A DNA stretch of 64,000 nucleotides from Podarcis erhardii (taxonomy: Eukaryota), in NCBI GenBank assembly GCA_964252035.1, contig OZ176201.1; one strand, 5' to 3'. Position numbers and translations under genes: made by a program. Shown one piece after another: positions 23,191 to 35,600 of this stretch. The notes under the pieces are model-generated. The model did not search any database. It had not been told where the DNA came from and worked only from the letters and a program-made list of their open reading frames with translations. Position 1 is the stretch's first letter, and every line of letters begins with the position of its first letter.

Positions 23191-26100
23191 CCGCTGTTCT
23201 TCAGAAGTTTGTAACATATACACAAATCTCCAACTTAGGCCCCCGGTATGCTAGCAAAGAGCAAGTTAGCTCTAAACTGAGAGAAGAAACCCATCTCACC
23301 ATCCTACAATTGTAGCACGAGGTCATGATTGAGACATATTTTCATGGGCAGTGTTGTACATCACCTTCTTTGCTGCTAAGTGCTCCTGACTAGAGGTTTT
23401 GGATTTTATTCCATCTCTGTGTTTTTATATAAATATTCCTCCAGGATGTATTTGAAGAGCAGCCACAGATGTTCATAGCAAAGACCAAGGGCAGATTAGA
23501 TTAAGAGAGAACTAACATTCATGAGGGGAAATTCCTGCCAAACTTCTAATGCCTCTGGCTATTGTTATTTTGAGTTTGTTATCGGAGAATGATTTATTTT
23601 AAAATACCAGCAACAGTTGCTCAGCTGGCAAACCACAGAGGCTCACTATTAATTGCCCATATTATATTTAGACTGGATTCTGAATATCCAAAGTCCATAA
23701 TCTACACTAATATCCACATAACCCAAAAGCAATTGCAATTTCTCTTTGAACACTGACTCCCTGTTTTCTAAGTATTTGAAGGGCGGACAGTTACAGGGGG
23801 ATGGGACACATGTAAGTTTGTGGGGGACATGCTTAGGAGAAAGAAATGATGTATGCATGCATTTATGCACGTGAGAAGAAGCAACGATGAACATTATTAT
23901 GGAGGAGAAAGCTAAAGTGTGGCTTTGAGTTTGGGGGCTGAGGTGTGGGGCAAGGACTGGGGGCCAGTGCAGCATGAAGACTCTGTCCATCAGCTTATCA
24001 CATCGTATAATTTCAAGGGCCAATGCTGGAATGGCATCAGGACCACTTCTGCATTCCTGGTTCCCATGATGCTCCATGTTTTAACATTCATACAGAGGGA
24101 GTCACCTGAGTACCAACACCATTGCCTTCCTCTGAGGTCAATGACGCTGGCAAGGAAAGTTGGTCTGGGCAGCATGGGAGCCTACCATGTGGTTGCGATT
24201 CCCAGCAAATTTTGGTCAGATATTCTGATCCCAAAGTATAGCAAAAATTAAGACCACCCATGAATGGATTGTTGTGCAAAAGAAAAATCAGATAAGTGTC
24301 AATAAGCTGTATTAATATACTGTTGTTTACTTTATAAAGAAAAGCAGCATTGAGGGTGGGGAATTTGGAGAAGAGACCAGGCAAGGCTTAGGGTTTTTTT
24401 CCCTTCTCACTCATTCCTTCTTTGTTCCAAATTGCCCATGCAGGCACTTTCTATCTCCTTCTCTTTGCAGTTCCAAATGCAAGTTTGCCAGGGGGAACAG
24501 GCAATTGGAAGTGTGCAGGGGGAAAGAAGTTAGGAGAGTGATTTGGAGTGGAGAAGTGACAGAGAATGCACAGGTTCCCCTTATAGCAAAGCTGGGCAAA
24601 CTGCTGGCCCTCTGAATGTTGTTGGACCACAACTCCCAAAATCACTAGCCACACTGGCTGAGTCTGATGGGAGTTGGAGTCCAACAGGTTCCCCCACCCT
24701 GCCTAGTGACCTCACAGATGACGTCCATCTTCTTGTTGATAATTGTAACCACCACAACTATAGAACTAGAAGTGGCCTTTAATTTCTCATTACTGCTTGT
24801 ACAGGCAGATTTTTGGCACCAAGATGTAATCGTAATACTGCATTGTCATTTTTTTCTGGTGCTTGCCAATCTATGTTGAAACAGATAGATATGACCGGCT
24901 CACCACAGCACTCTGCACAGCACATGCTTGCTCTTCACTTAGCCATCACATGCATGCATTAGATGAATGCATTTTTGTGCTTTAGAATTATTATATCTCA
25001 TTTTGAAACTCATTCCCAAGTTTACTAGGTAGATGGCAGAACAATCCAAACATGCAATCCACTGCCCCAGAGTGGAAGATATGCCTCTTCATTTGGCGTG
25101 GGGGGGGGGGAGAGCAAACTCTAGTCCACCCACTGGTTCCCCACTGCACTCACTAAAAGCAGTGGGTGGTAGTCAGTGTAAACCCTTAGAAAGGGACATT
25201 CCTGTGTGGGGAAGGGGTAAGGGGTCTAATCTGGACCTCTCTGCTGAACCAGTCAAGAGCTAGCACAGCAAAACCCGTCTGGGTATTAGGATTGCTCCTT
25301 CAAGTTACATTACCTAACCACTTTTGATCATACAAACAGAGTTGGTGAATGGGGACAAAAGGTTAGGATTTGTTTTTTGGATAAGTGGAATGCTTTAGAA
25401 AGTGTCCTCAGAATCCTACAGCCTCTGTGTTTTAAAGAAATCTAGATAATTAATATGTCCTCACAGTCACAAAAATCACAAAGCACTAATGAGGTCTATA
25501 TGAACAAGAGAGTCTAGAATTTTTACCCCTAGTGCACAATCTTTCCTAATTTTAATCTAAAATTATGCTTGACTGACAGGACATACTCAACGGATAATTT
25601 TAACACTTTTAAAAGCCGAAAATGTAGCACATCATGACTTCATTAACTGGCAAAAATCTAGGGAGTTTGGAAGATCCAGCTATATCACACACAAATTATG
25701 ATTCAGGTGCCAGAGGCAAAACAGTATGTGATTGGGGAAAAGAGAATCTCTACCTCCTGCACCCTCTCTAACTCCAGCAGTACAGTTTTTCATCCTTCTC
25801 TGCTTCAGTTTTATTCAAAACAGCTCCTGCGTTTCACCCTTCCCTTCTAAACAATTGATTTAATTTCTCTCTTTAAAAAAACAACAACCAAAAAAGCCTA
25901 GACAAGGCCACTGCTGTGGTTCTAGGGTGCCATTGAACTAAAAATTCCTGCATTCCAGCCTGACAGAAACATTCACCCCAGGCACCAGTGTAATTGAATC
26001 TCCTAGTCAGAGCCTATAATCAGAAATCCCACACAGGAGGATGAATACTGATTTGTTCTCAGCAGAAGACTTGACACCCCTCTTCAACTCCCCTGGATTT

Positions 26101-27306
26101 AATCATTGTTATGCAGATGATAGAGGAAACCAGAATACAGAGAAGCATTTGCAGACGTGAAGGATGACCAGGTGCTAGAGATGGGCGGCGGGAGGAACCT
26201 TTGCCACCTTAGAACTGGTGGGAGTGGGGAAACATCAAATTTCTCTTACAGATTCCTCTAAATACTCTGGGGTTCCCCCTTCTTATTATTCAAGTATTTA
26301 TTTCATTCCATTTATGAATCACTAAAACAACTCAAAGCGATTTCACCATAGAAACCTAAACAAAAAAAACTATTTCATGTATGTCCTCAGCATCTATCAC
26401 CATGTGCTGTGCACCCCCACCATTCCTTATGCCCAGGGCACAGGCAACATCTGAGTAGTCTAGAGCAGTCTTCCCCAGCCCTCTCAATGCCTTCTACACA
26501 ATAAACCAATAAACACGGTGTGTCTGCATAGGCAGCATGGAGTTTCAGTCATGATGTAGAATTCCTGCTCTTTCAGGTAAACATACACATACACAGTTTT
26601 CAGGTAAACATACACACAGTTTTTCTGCAAATAGGTTGGATAGCTGCAACTGCAGCCTCTCTTAACACTGCCCTTCTATCTGATGCACAAAGGTACAGGT
26701 GGTGCCCTTCCAGAACAACATATGCAACTATGTATATTTAATGTAATTCCAAGCCACCTAAATCCTTGGTTTCAATTGGTGGTTGGGGACCACGACTGGG
26801 CTGTGGCCTGATCCAATGTGGGCTGAAACAGCAGCAATACCGCCATGCAAATATATGGCAGAAGAAGAAAAAAAGGGAAAAAAAGAATTGGGTCTCCAAA
26901 TGCATGTTTAGGTTAAAAGTGGGCTCCCTGGGTCTGAAACTACTGACCTAGATAACAGAGAAACCTTAACAGCATGATGTAGGAACTCAGTATCAACGCT
27001 GCAAATTGACTGCCATGCCATGATAGAGTAAGTCAGGATAGAGGCAGGCAGGCAAAATTGCACATGGGCACAGCAATCTTACATCATTTGAAACTGCGAT
27101 AACCTTTCCCTTTCAGAGGACAGTGTAACCTCTGTCTCTTCACAATGATTTTAACTCCAAGTAGCTTTTCCTTAAGCAACCTGCTATGTAAAACAGTTTC
27201 AATTTTTTAAAAAAATATTATTTTTAAGGCTGTAATGCAGTTTGGCCAATACGTTCTTCCCTGGAGTTCAATCTGTTTTGGCTGTGCAGGTCTTTTACCC
27301 TCTTAC

Positions 27307-27581
27307 CTCTCACAAATACATAGGTGCTGACTGCAGTGGTGCCCTCGATTTTGGCATTGATGTACTTGTAGTAACAGCGGTAGTAGCCCGTGTCGTTAGC
27401 CTGAGTCCCTGTCAGTGTCAAGACCTTGCAGTAGGGCTTTGTGTCAGTGCCCTCACAATCCTCTTCCTTGACTGTTTGGACACCGTCGAGACTCACCAAC
27501 ACCACTGAATCGCTCTCCTTCCCAATCTGGACGGTGTCCTCTTGGCCTCCAGGCCATGACCACTCCAGGGGGTGCTGCCCT
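27307..27581 (-). CDS. FLT4: FLT4 exon 3 (Ig D1: [12 protein letters not shown]...[14 protein letters not shown]...[27 protein letters not shown])
   Basis: 275 nt with AAG acceptor and AG|GTAAGA donor. DCEGT-x3-PYCK and CYYKYI-x-A-x-IEGTTA are VEGFR3-diagnostic. Overlaps supplied ORF 27224..27505. Confidence 0.96.
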
Positions 27582-30500
27582 CTTCACCAGAACAAAAGGA
27601 ATAACGGAAGCAGAATTAGATGTGATACTATGGCCTTCTATAATAGGTATGGCATTCTAAAATTCCTTTACTACTCCATTTCTAATGTCCACATTGCAAA
27701 TTAAGGGATTCAGCTGCATTCCTCCTCTAATACAGAATCATAGAATCCACAAGATAGATGTGGAGTGTGGCTAACATGTCGTATGTACGCTGCTTTCCAA
27801 ATCAGTGGTAGGAGCACACTGGATGAAGAGTAAATAGGAGGGTGTACACAGCCTAAGTGTGACAACTTCTCACCTGTGAAGAAAGCTTGACCCTTTCTAT
27901 CTAGCACACTAAGCATGTAGAAGTGAAAAATATTTAGTGTATTATTCTCAGCATTAATTATTATTTATTACTATAAAAACAGCATATATGGTTGTTGTTT
28001 TTTCCAAAAAGTGCCACAAATGTAATGCCACCATGGAGAGAATTGCAGAGCTGCAAGATGTCTCATTGCTTTGCAAGCTTCTCCACAGTCCAGCACTTCC
28101 AGGGTTAAGCCTGTCTCCCAACTTAGAGCTGGAGAAGGAGAGTGGGCCTGCCCTTGCAGCTGTACTGGACCCTGAAGGTGGGTGAGCATTCCCAAAGTAT
28201 AGTGAGATGTCACAGGCAAGGCCCACTCATCATCTGAGAGGAAGAGGGAAAGTGGTGGTCACTACATTCGTCTGATTACGAAGGCTGACAGTCCTTGTGT
28301 CATCCAACTCACAGAAGTATCCCAGTTAAAGGCTCCCAGCTTCTAGAGATGCTGATAATTTGGAAAACTGACAATCCACAACAGCAAAATTCCTCCAGGC
28401 AATTTTGCAAGGCAGGCCCATCCTGTTATTTCATGCCACTAATTATATTTGGCTACTGCTTATCTTTGCTGGACTCTGTGTGTGTGTGTGTGTGTGTTCA
28501 TATTCCCTCTTTTCTATTGTGGCAATTACAAGACTCCACTGTACAGTCAGATTATCAAACTGCAGATAGCAGAAGTTCACACTTCTGTCTGAATGCTGAC
28601 TGATTAGGTACTTGCTTTATCCATGTTGTACAAAGTAAGGCCTGGTAGTACCAGCTTCTTATGCATCTCTTATTGGAGCTCAGCTGTCAGTTTCCATATG
28701 CTCTACTTCTCAGTTCTTGAATAAGAATTGCATGCATCTTTTATATCCTCTCTATAATGAAGCTGCCCAAGGCATGTTTATGTAGGAATTTGTTTTAAAT
28801 CTTTTTGTTTAATCTAGGGATGCTTGTGAAGTTATCCTCATATGAATTTCTCCAGAGATTTTTCTCCAGGGTTCCAAATTACCTAATCATGTTGGCAGAG
28901 CTGCACTGATGGGTTAGTGATTAATTTTCTGGGGGTTTTTTCCTGGACTTTCAATAGCTGTGCATTGTTACAGTTTTCACTTCAACATAACCCCCTGCCC
29001 TGTTTATTAGTTGCCAATGTGCAGACACTGATGAAATCATACCACAAAAAGGAATCCTGATGTGACTACTTGAACACATCCAGATTCCTTTTTGCACTGT
29101 GGTTTTATCAATGCTCATGTGCCTATATATTCATAGTTGAAACCACAGAATGAAAAGTCTGATGCAAGTATACAATTGCATCAAGTCTCCTTTTCATGCT
29201 GTAGTCTAATCAATGCACATGTAAGTTTCTTCACATCAATAACTAGCACAGGACAGTTTGGAGATATACGGTACCCCAAATATCACAGAAAACTGAACAT
29301 GCTCAAGTTATGAAACTAATTTGTATAAATTCTACAAGTAAAAGTATGAGGCATGTGGAGTGAAATCAAGGTCAGGATGATAACAAAATAGAATGGGGAA
29401 TATTCAGTCATTCTGGATTCAATGTTTGGACAGGAACTAGCAGTTGGTGCACTGTGCATATTCTACTGCTACTTAGTAAACGAAAACCAGTATCATATTA
29501 CATGTGCAAACAGGCAAAAACTTCAGAGGTTTGCAAAGAAAGTTGGGATGGTTAAGGTAAATTTAAATGCTGCTCACAAGCAGCAGCCAGAACATTCTTC
29601 TTTGAGTTACAACATGGACAAACAAATCTATCTCCAATTCTCCAGTGAAATCTGAGGAGAGTGTTTGCTTCATATTCATTTGAAATAATTATGTTTTATT
29701 TCAGAAATCTCCTACTGGCTCCTCTGAGCATCCTCCCAACCATGTTTTCCCCCACGGCCGAGATGTTGCATATTTCTGCATTTCAACTCCCCCGGCTCTC
29801 ACTAATGTGAACCATGTCCATTCAGGATGGTCTATGCTCCAGAGGAGAGACTCTGAGGCACAGCTGGGCAAGATTAAAGATGTCTGAACAAGTAGGAATT
29901 TGATTCAAATTAAGCAGCTGTTGCAGGGAGAAGGTAGTGGAGATGATGGTACTAGGTAAGTAAGAATGATATGGTAAATCTCCTTCTTGGTGAAACCATT
30001 TTGCCCACAAGGCTATTTTCCCCATGTGCCCTACAGCTTGACATCATATACAACATTTAGATGTGGAGCAAGTAAAGAGATGCAGCTCCCTACTGAAAGC
30101 ACTGTTTGCAGGCAGCACTGACCAACTGTGTCCACACACCCCTGAGCCATTGTCCTCGCTGTTTGCTTTCAAATCACCCAGACAGAACAAGCAGGGTTTG
30201 CAGGGATCTAGGTCTGTGGGGTTGAGGCACCAGAGACTGAACTTCTACATGCAATGCATGAGCTCTACCACTGAGCTATGGCTCTTCCACATCACTGAAA
30301 GTTAATGAAAAATGTGGGAGCCGAACTTTGGGGGAGGTAAGTGTTGGTGGGGAGGATAGCCATGCTACTGATGAAGAATATGGGCCCCATTCTTTTCCAG
30401 TGATCTGTTGACCAGCTTTAAGTTGCACTGAATATGTGGTCTGGAAGCAGGAGATAGGAATACTTCCTTCCTGCTGTTTTCATCCTAGCATGAGGCGGGT

Positions 30501-31645
30501 TTCTGGTCATATCCCCCTTGAGATTTAAAGATGAGCTGGCTCAAAACAGAGTTAAGTGCTATTTGGGAAGATTCCCTTGGATAACTTGAAGAACAGATCA
30601 GCCTCTTTGCTTTGGCAAGGGCAGCTTTGCACATAAGAGCTCAGACTGGAAATAAGACACTTTCCTGCTCCCTGTAAGCCTCTGCCAGATAAATAAAGAT
30701 ATAACCTTAGCATAGTTGCTGCTCTGTCCTTGGGAGGAGGCAATGAAGGAAGGGTTTTACCCAACAGGCTTAGGAAAAGGGCATATGTGCAAAAAGGTAA
30801 GTGGGTACATAGTAGGTTGGAGATGTGCACTCAACCATACTAAACTATGCTACATTTTTCAAGGTGCAGATCAGGGTTTCCTAGGGAAGAAAAGAACAGG
30901 CAACACAGGCTTTAGGTAGAAGGAATCTGTGGAAAGTGCAGCTACATGACCAAATTGCCTGTGCATGTTGGAATGGGCACTAATTTTTAGGTCCTGGCTG
31001 CATGGTTGCCTGCCACAGCAAAGACCTACAAACCTAATTCCTGTTCCTTCCAAGTAAACCGGTGGAAAGCATGCAGTACTAAGATGGGATTGCTCTTTGT
31101 CATGATTACACGCTTTTGAAAGCCCTTTTCATTTCCAAAGTGAATTGCTATGTGGGCTGTTCAAGACTCTTTCAGCATGCAGAGTGAGTTGCAATGTTCT
31201 TTGGCACTCAGCCATTGATAATATATGCCCTCAAACTTGCTTTTGTTGTTGCTTTTTTGAATTTTGGAGCTCAGGTGAAAATAATACTAATTCCGTGCAT
31301 TTTCTTGAAAGCGTACTAAAATCCATTGGTCAAATATTACTATAAGCCCTCAAGTGTCTGTAATCAGTAAATGTGGAGGTTGTGATCATAATATAGAGTG
31401 TCCCCCCCTGATTTTATAATAGGCTATGATTGACAGTTCTTGGCTGCCCTGACCCAGTATTCCCCCATCACAAATAGAGAGCCACAATTCTGTCGCAAGT
31501 ATTTATAACCAGTCAACTTAAGTTCAGCTTTTCCACCAGTCCAGAAACCAGAAAGAGGTTTCCCACTGAGTGTCTTTGAATGGTCTTTCAGAATCTTTGA
31601 CACAACAGCTGGTAACTGTGAAAGGCACTGTTCTTTTAATCTTAC

Positions 31646-31742
31646 CTGCAAGTAATATTCAGTGTGTCCTTAGCGTTGATCACGTATTCTTCTTCTGTGA
31701 TGCTGAGTGTGGGTGGGGTCATAGAATAGCCACTCACTAGAT
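31646..31742 (-). CDS. FLT4: FLT4 exon 2 ([33 protein letters not shown])
   Basis: 97 nt with pyrimidine tract + TAG acceptor and AG|GTAAGA donor. YSMTPPTL is the characteristic VEGFR3 mature N-terminus. Confidence 0.97.
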
Positions 31743-31964
31743 CTAGTGAGAGAAAGAAACAAGTTCATAGTACAGAACAACAGTCACTCATTATTATCTA
31801 CTCTAGTAGTTCTATCAATCAACCATCATGAGCTAACTACGTTTGATATTTCAGGCTTGTCTATTTTTTTAAATTCACTTTTGTATGTGTTTTTATATTG
31901 TTGTTTTATAGGTTTTAGGTTGCGTTTTTGTTTCAATGTTGTAATTATACATTGTTCTTTTTTA

Positions 31965-32509
31965 GGGCGTATCCACACTTACCTTTGGCCAAACTGCGGG
32001 AGGCAGTGGAAGACAGGAGTGCCTGGCGTGCTCTGGTCCATGGGGTCACGAAGAGTTGGACATGACTAAACGACTAAACAACACACTTACCTTTGGCCAT
32101 GCTATTTACAGGCACAGGTCCACACTTAAAAGCTCAGTGTCTGCGTGTTTTGTTTTCGTTTTTTGCCCCAAACTAGAGAAGGGACGGCCTGGAAAAAACC
32201 TGGAAAACCAGGTTTCCCCCATGTTTTTTTCCAAACTGAAAAAAATGGCTTTGGGGGAAAAGGGAGGGGGGCTGGTCCCCTCCCCCCATTTTTTCTCCCC
32301 CCCCTCCCAGGCCTTCCCATCTCTACCCAAACCTACTCTTTAGTGCTCAACTGGAGCAAATGTCCATTTGGATTGCCATTTGCTCTGAGTGAGTTTTTAA
32401 GAGCAGGAGGGGGGAAACTGCAGAGCAAAAAAAAGGTGCTCAGACACAGAGCTTTAAAGTGCAGATTGTGTCTGGAAAGAGCAGCGGAAAGGTAAGTGTG
32501 GATAAGCCC
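31965..32509. mobile_element. PIF/Harbinger-like MITE
   Basis: 22-bp TIRs GGGC(G/T)TATCCACACTTACCTTT (1 mismatch) and 3-bp TTA TSD at 31962-31964 and 32510-32512. Confidence 0.85.
31991..32082 (+). mobile_element. Severely 5'-truncated RTE-BovB 3' end, nested in the Harbinger MITE
   Basis: GGCGTGCTCTGGTCCATGGGGTCACGAAGAGTTGGACATGACTAAACGACTAAACAAC is the BovB terminus. Perfect 16-bp TSD ACACTTACCTTTGGCC (31975-31990, 32083-32098). Confidence 0.85.
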
Positions 32510-33581
32510 TTAGGCTGCACAAAACTTAAAGAGGTGTTTTTTAAAAAGTGTTTTATAAATAGAAAATAAACATTGGAGGAAACACTTAGTAGTAGTATAT
32601 CAAGATTTGCTTCACGAGTTTCAGCCTACTGGTTACAGGCATCCTGCAAAAGCAGGAAAGATCTGTCACCTTAAATTCACACATTCTCTTTTACAAAAGG
32701 AGAAAATATCTGTAAGCACTTGAACTTATGTTGATTCATATCCCAGTAACACTTTTGACTGCTACTTTAATGAATGAGTTAAGCAGTGCAATATCCCCTT
32801 ACAGTATTAATAAATGATAAGAAATAAATTACACTTCGAACATTTATATACATGGTGCTTTATAAGGGAAACAGTATTTGTTTTTCAAAACACCATGGCC
32901 AGAGGAACTTAAAATATTTGCATTCCTTGGCTGCTGCATCTTATATGCTTACAACAACAGTGGGAGGCTGAGGGGGATGGCAATCAGGAAGAGAAAGGGC
33001 ATGTTCCCCCAGGCTAAATTAGAATCTGGGAAAGCAGGTAAGAGGAATACCAGGGAATCAGAAGAGAGAAGGCATTTGGGGAGCAATTTCCCACAGGTGG
33101 CTGAGAAACGTGCAGGGCAGCACCCAGGTCATAAGAATGACCTGTCCAAAACCTAGTTTTGTGTAGACATCCTTGCTCCTTTTAATTGTTTTACACTTCC
33201 TTCCTGCCAAGAAGCCACACAGACTGTGGTCATTTGACTAGGTATATCTTTAGAAACTGGGCTGGCATCAGCAGTCTCGAGCTTCTATCTCTCCCGGACA
33301 TACTTGTCTCCCAACCATGCTTTTCCTGTAGTAGCGGCCGGAGTAATAGGAGTAATAATGGGAGCGATAAGAGCCACAGCAGCAATACAGAATGGCAGGA
33401 TGGGGGTGGATCCCTCACATCCCACTCTCAAGTTTCTTATTGTGGCTTCCCCCCTGCCCCACTTTCCTCACAAAATTTAGAATCATGATTTCTAAAGTGT
33501 GAAGAAACTTCCAGACAGAAGGGTGGCGGTGGAGGGAACACTCATCACCCTATTGCTATGGTCCGAAACTCTTGGGCTATA

Positions 33582-33878
33582 CAGTGGTGCCCCGCAAGAC
33601 GAATGCCTCGCAAGACGAAAAACTCGCTAGACGAAAGATTTTTCCGTTTTTTGAGGTGCTTCGCAAGACGAATTTCCCTATGGGCTTGCTTTGCAAGACG
33701 AAATGTCTTGCGAGTTCTTGTGAGTTTGTTTCCTTTTTCTTAAAGCCGCTAAGCTGTTAATAGGCGCTAAGCCGCTAATAGGCGCTAAGCCGCTAATAGC
33801 CGTGCTTCGCAAGACGAAAAAACCGCAAGACGAAGAGACTCGCGGAACGGATTAATTTCGTCTTGCGAGGCACCACTG
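33582..33878. mobile_element. Tc1/mariner (Tigger/pogo-like) MITE, 297 bp
   Basis: TIR CAGTGGTGCC(C/T)CGCAAGACGAA and TA TSD on both sides. Six direct internal copies of GCAAGACGAA; CpGs retained. Confidence 0.9.
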
Positions 33879-35239
33879 TATTTTAGACAAATTTTGGGGC
33901 ATGCTCAGATTCCTTCCATTTAGAAAACTTTACAGCAGTTGACAAGAACCCAGATGCAACAAGTGGAAGTTATAGCACCTCCACTGTTCATTTCCCACAG
34001 TAGGCATAGGAAGGTCCAGAGGGGCTAATGAATGAACAGAAAGCACATGATGCTCGGCAGATCTGAGTCAGATCAGTGCTCTGATAGGTCAACCATCGGC
34101 CTTGGCATACAAGTACCTGGACACTTGTCAGATACACGCTGGTAACATAGCTACTACAGAGGCCTAGTCTTAGGTAGTGAACATTTGACTACTTAGAAGT
34201 CAAAATAGTAGAGAAAGCTTTGATTAGTGCATTCAGCTCAGGAAGTGTCCTTAAGCACCAGGAGCCAATACTTGTCACAGGTGGATTGAGTTTCTGACTT
34301 CTAGTTTTCAGAGGTTCTTTCTCCTATGGAAAACGTTCACTGTGCAAAACTATCAAGGTAGCATCCTTCATGGTGGCTTCCGAAAAAGCAAAGCATGTAA
34401 AGTAAAGCAAGAATAGACCCTCAGTGGTGCACTTAGCACATGGCCACTCAGCAACAACCAATGAACGGTAATAAGAATGAGATGGAGAATCAGAGCAAGA
34501 CTGAGCATCCATGTACATCATGCACAAGGCTGCATGTGAGTGTGTGAGGTGGAGAGATGAAATATAATGTAGATGGAGAATACACTGGGCTGAGAGGTCT
34601 GTCCCTATATACATGCATTTTTCCACCAATAACTTTAAAGGAATCAGGGTCACGGTTACAAATTTTTATTGCCTTCTGCTTTTTGAAGTCCTTCTGGCTT
34701 TCATTTTCACCATGTTAGTTAAGAGGAAGGGCTTTAATTTTTTTTTAATGGTTAACTTGTGCCTATCATTCCTCATATCATTCCTCAATTAAAGCCACAC
34801 CCAAATCCAGCCCCTGATACTCCAATGGAGTTAGTGGCCTGAACTGTTAGGCCCTGAAGCTAAAAGCAAGAGGAACGCACTGCTCAATTGAGTAAGCGTA
34901 GTCTTGGCTCCTAGTATCTGGAGGCTTTGTTCTGTCTGCCAAGCTACACATCTAATTTTCAATATCTTTGAGCTTTGTGAGCATTCTGACATGTGCACAC
35001 AACTCCTGCATTCACATTTCCCACCTCATTTCAATGTGAAGATGACTATGGCCATGTGCAATGAGGATGTACATGGAATATTACCCCTCTCTCACAGAAG
35101 TGCATGCAGAACACCACGTACATCAGAAACTCTCTTAGTGCAGACCCAGGTCATTGAGCCTGAGTTGCCGCAGCCACCACCTGCCATGAATTGCTATGGA
35201 CAGGACTTGGCAGCAACAGCAGAAGATATGTTCTATGTT

Positions 35240-35600
35240 TATGATAATATTTTATTCTCTTGTTAATTATGATGTTTTAAATGTACATTTTATATTTGAC
35301 TTCCTTTAGTAATGCTTTCTTTTGAAATGGTTAAGTTTTTTGTGAACTTTGCTATGCTAAATGTGTTTTCTGTAGTTGCCCTCCCTCGCAATGTTTTATG
35401 TTGAAATCTTTAAAATAATATTTTATTTTCCTGTTACAGTAATTATGTCACTTTTAATGTATACTTTATATTTTACTTTCTTTGGTAATGTTTATTCTGG
35501 ATGGTTTTATTTCATGTTTTAATGTGTTGTAAACCGCTTTGAGATTTTTCTGTAAAAATATAAAGCAGTATAGAAATGAAATGAAAAATAAATATTAATA
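35240..35600 (+). mobile_element. T-rich LINE (probably L2) 3'UTR
   Basis: Long T-rich tract ending TTGTAAACCGCTTTGAG...GCAGTATAGAAAT. Similar to 53040-53300. Confidence 0.5.

Noticed and set aside
24690-24880. Exon-like minus-strand stretch behind a good acceptor (TTTCAACATAG)
   Set aside because: All three frames contain stops, no strong donor was found, and exons 3 and 4 already join in phase.
26570-26625. Small local tandem duplications (also ~39955-39980 and ~44010-44040)
   Set aside because: Short slippage products in or near repeats; nothing suggests function.
33582-33878. Repeated GCAAGACGAA resembling a CRISPR array
   Set aside because: Repeats are only 10 nt, irregularly spaced and bounded by TIRs with a TA TSD. 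It is a mariner-type MITE in vertebrate DNA.
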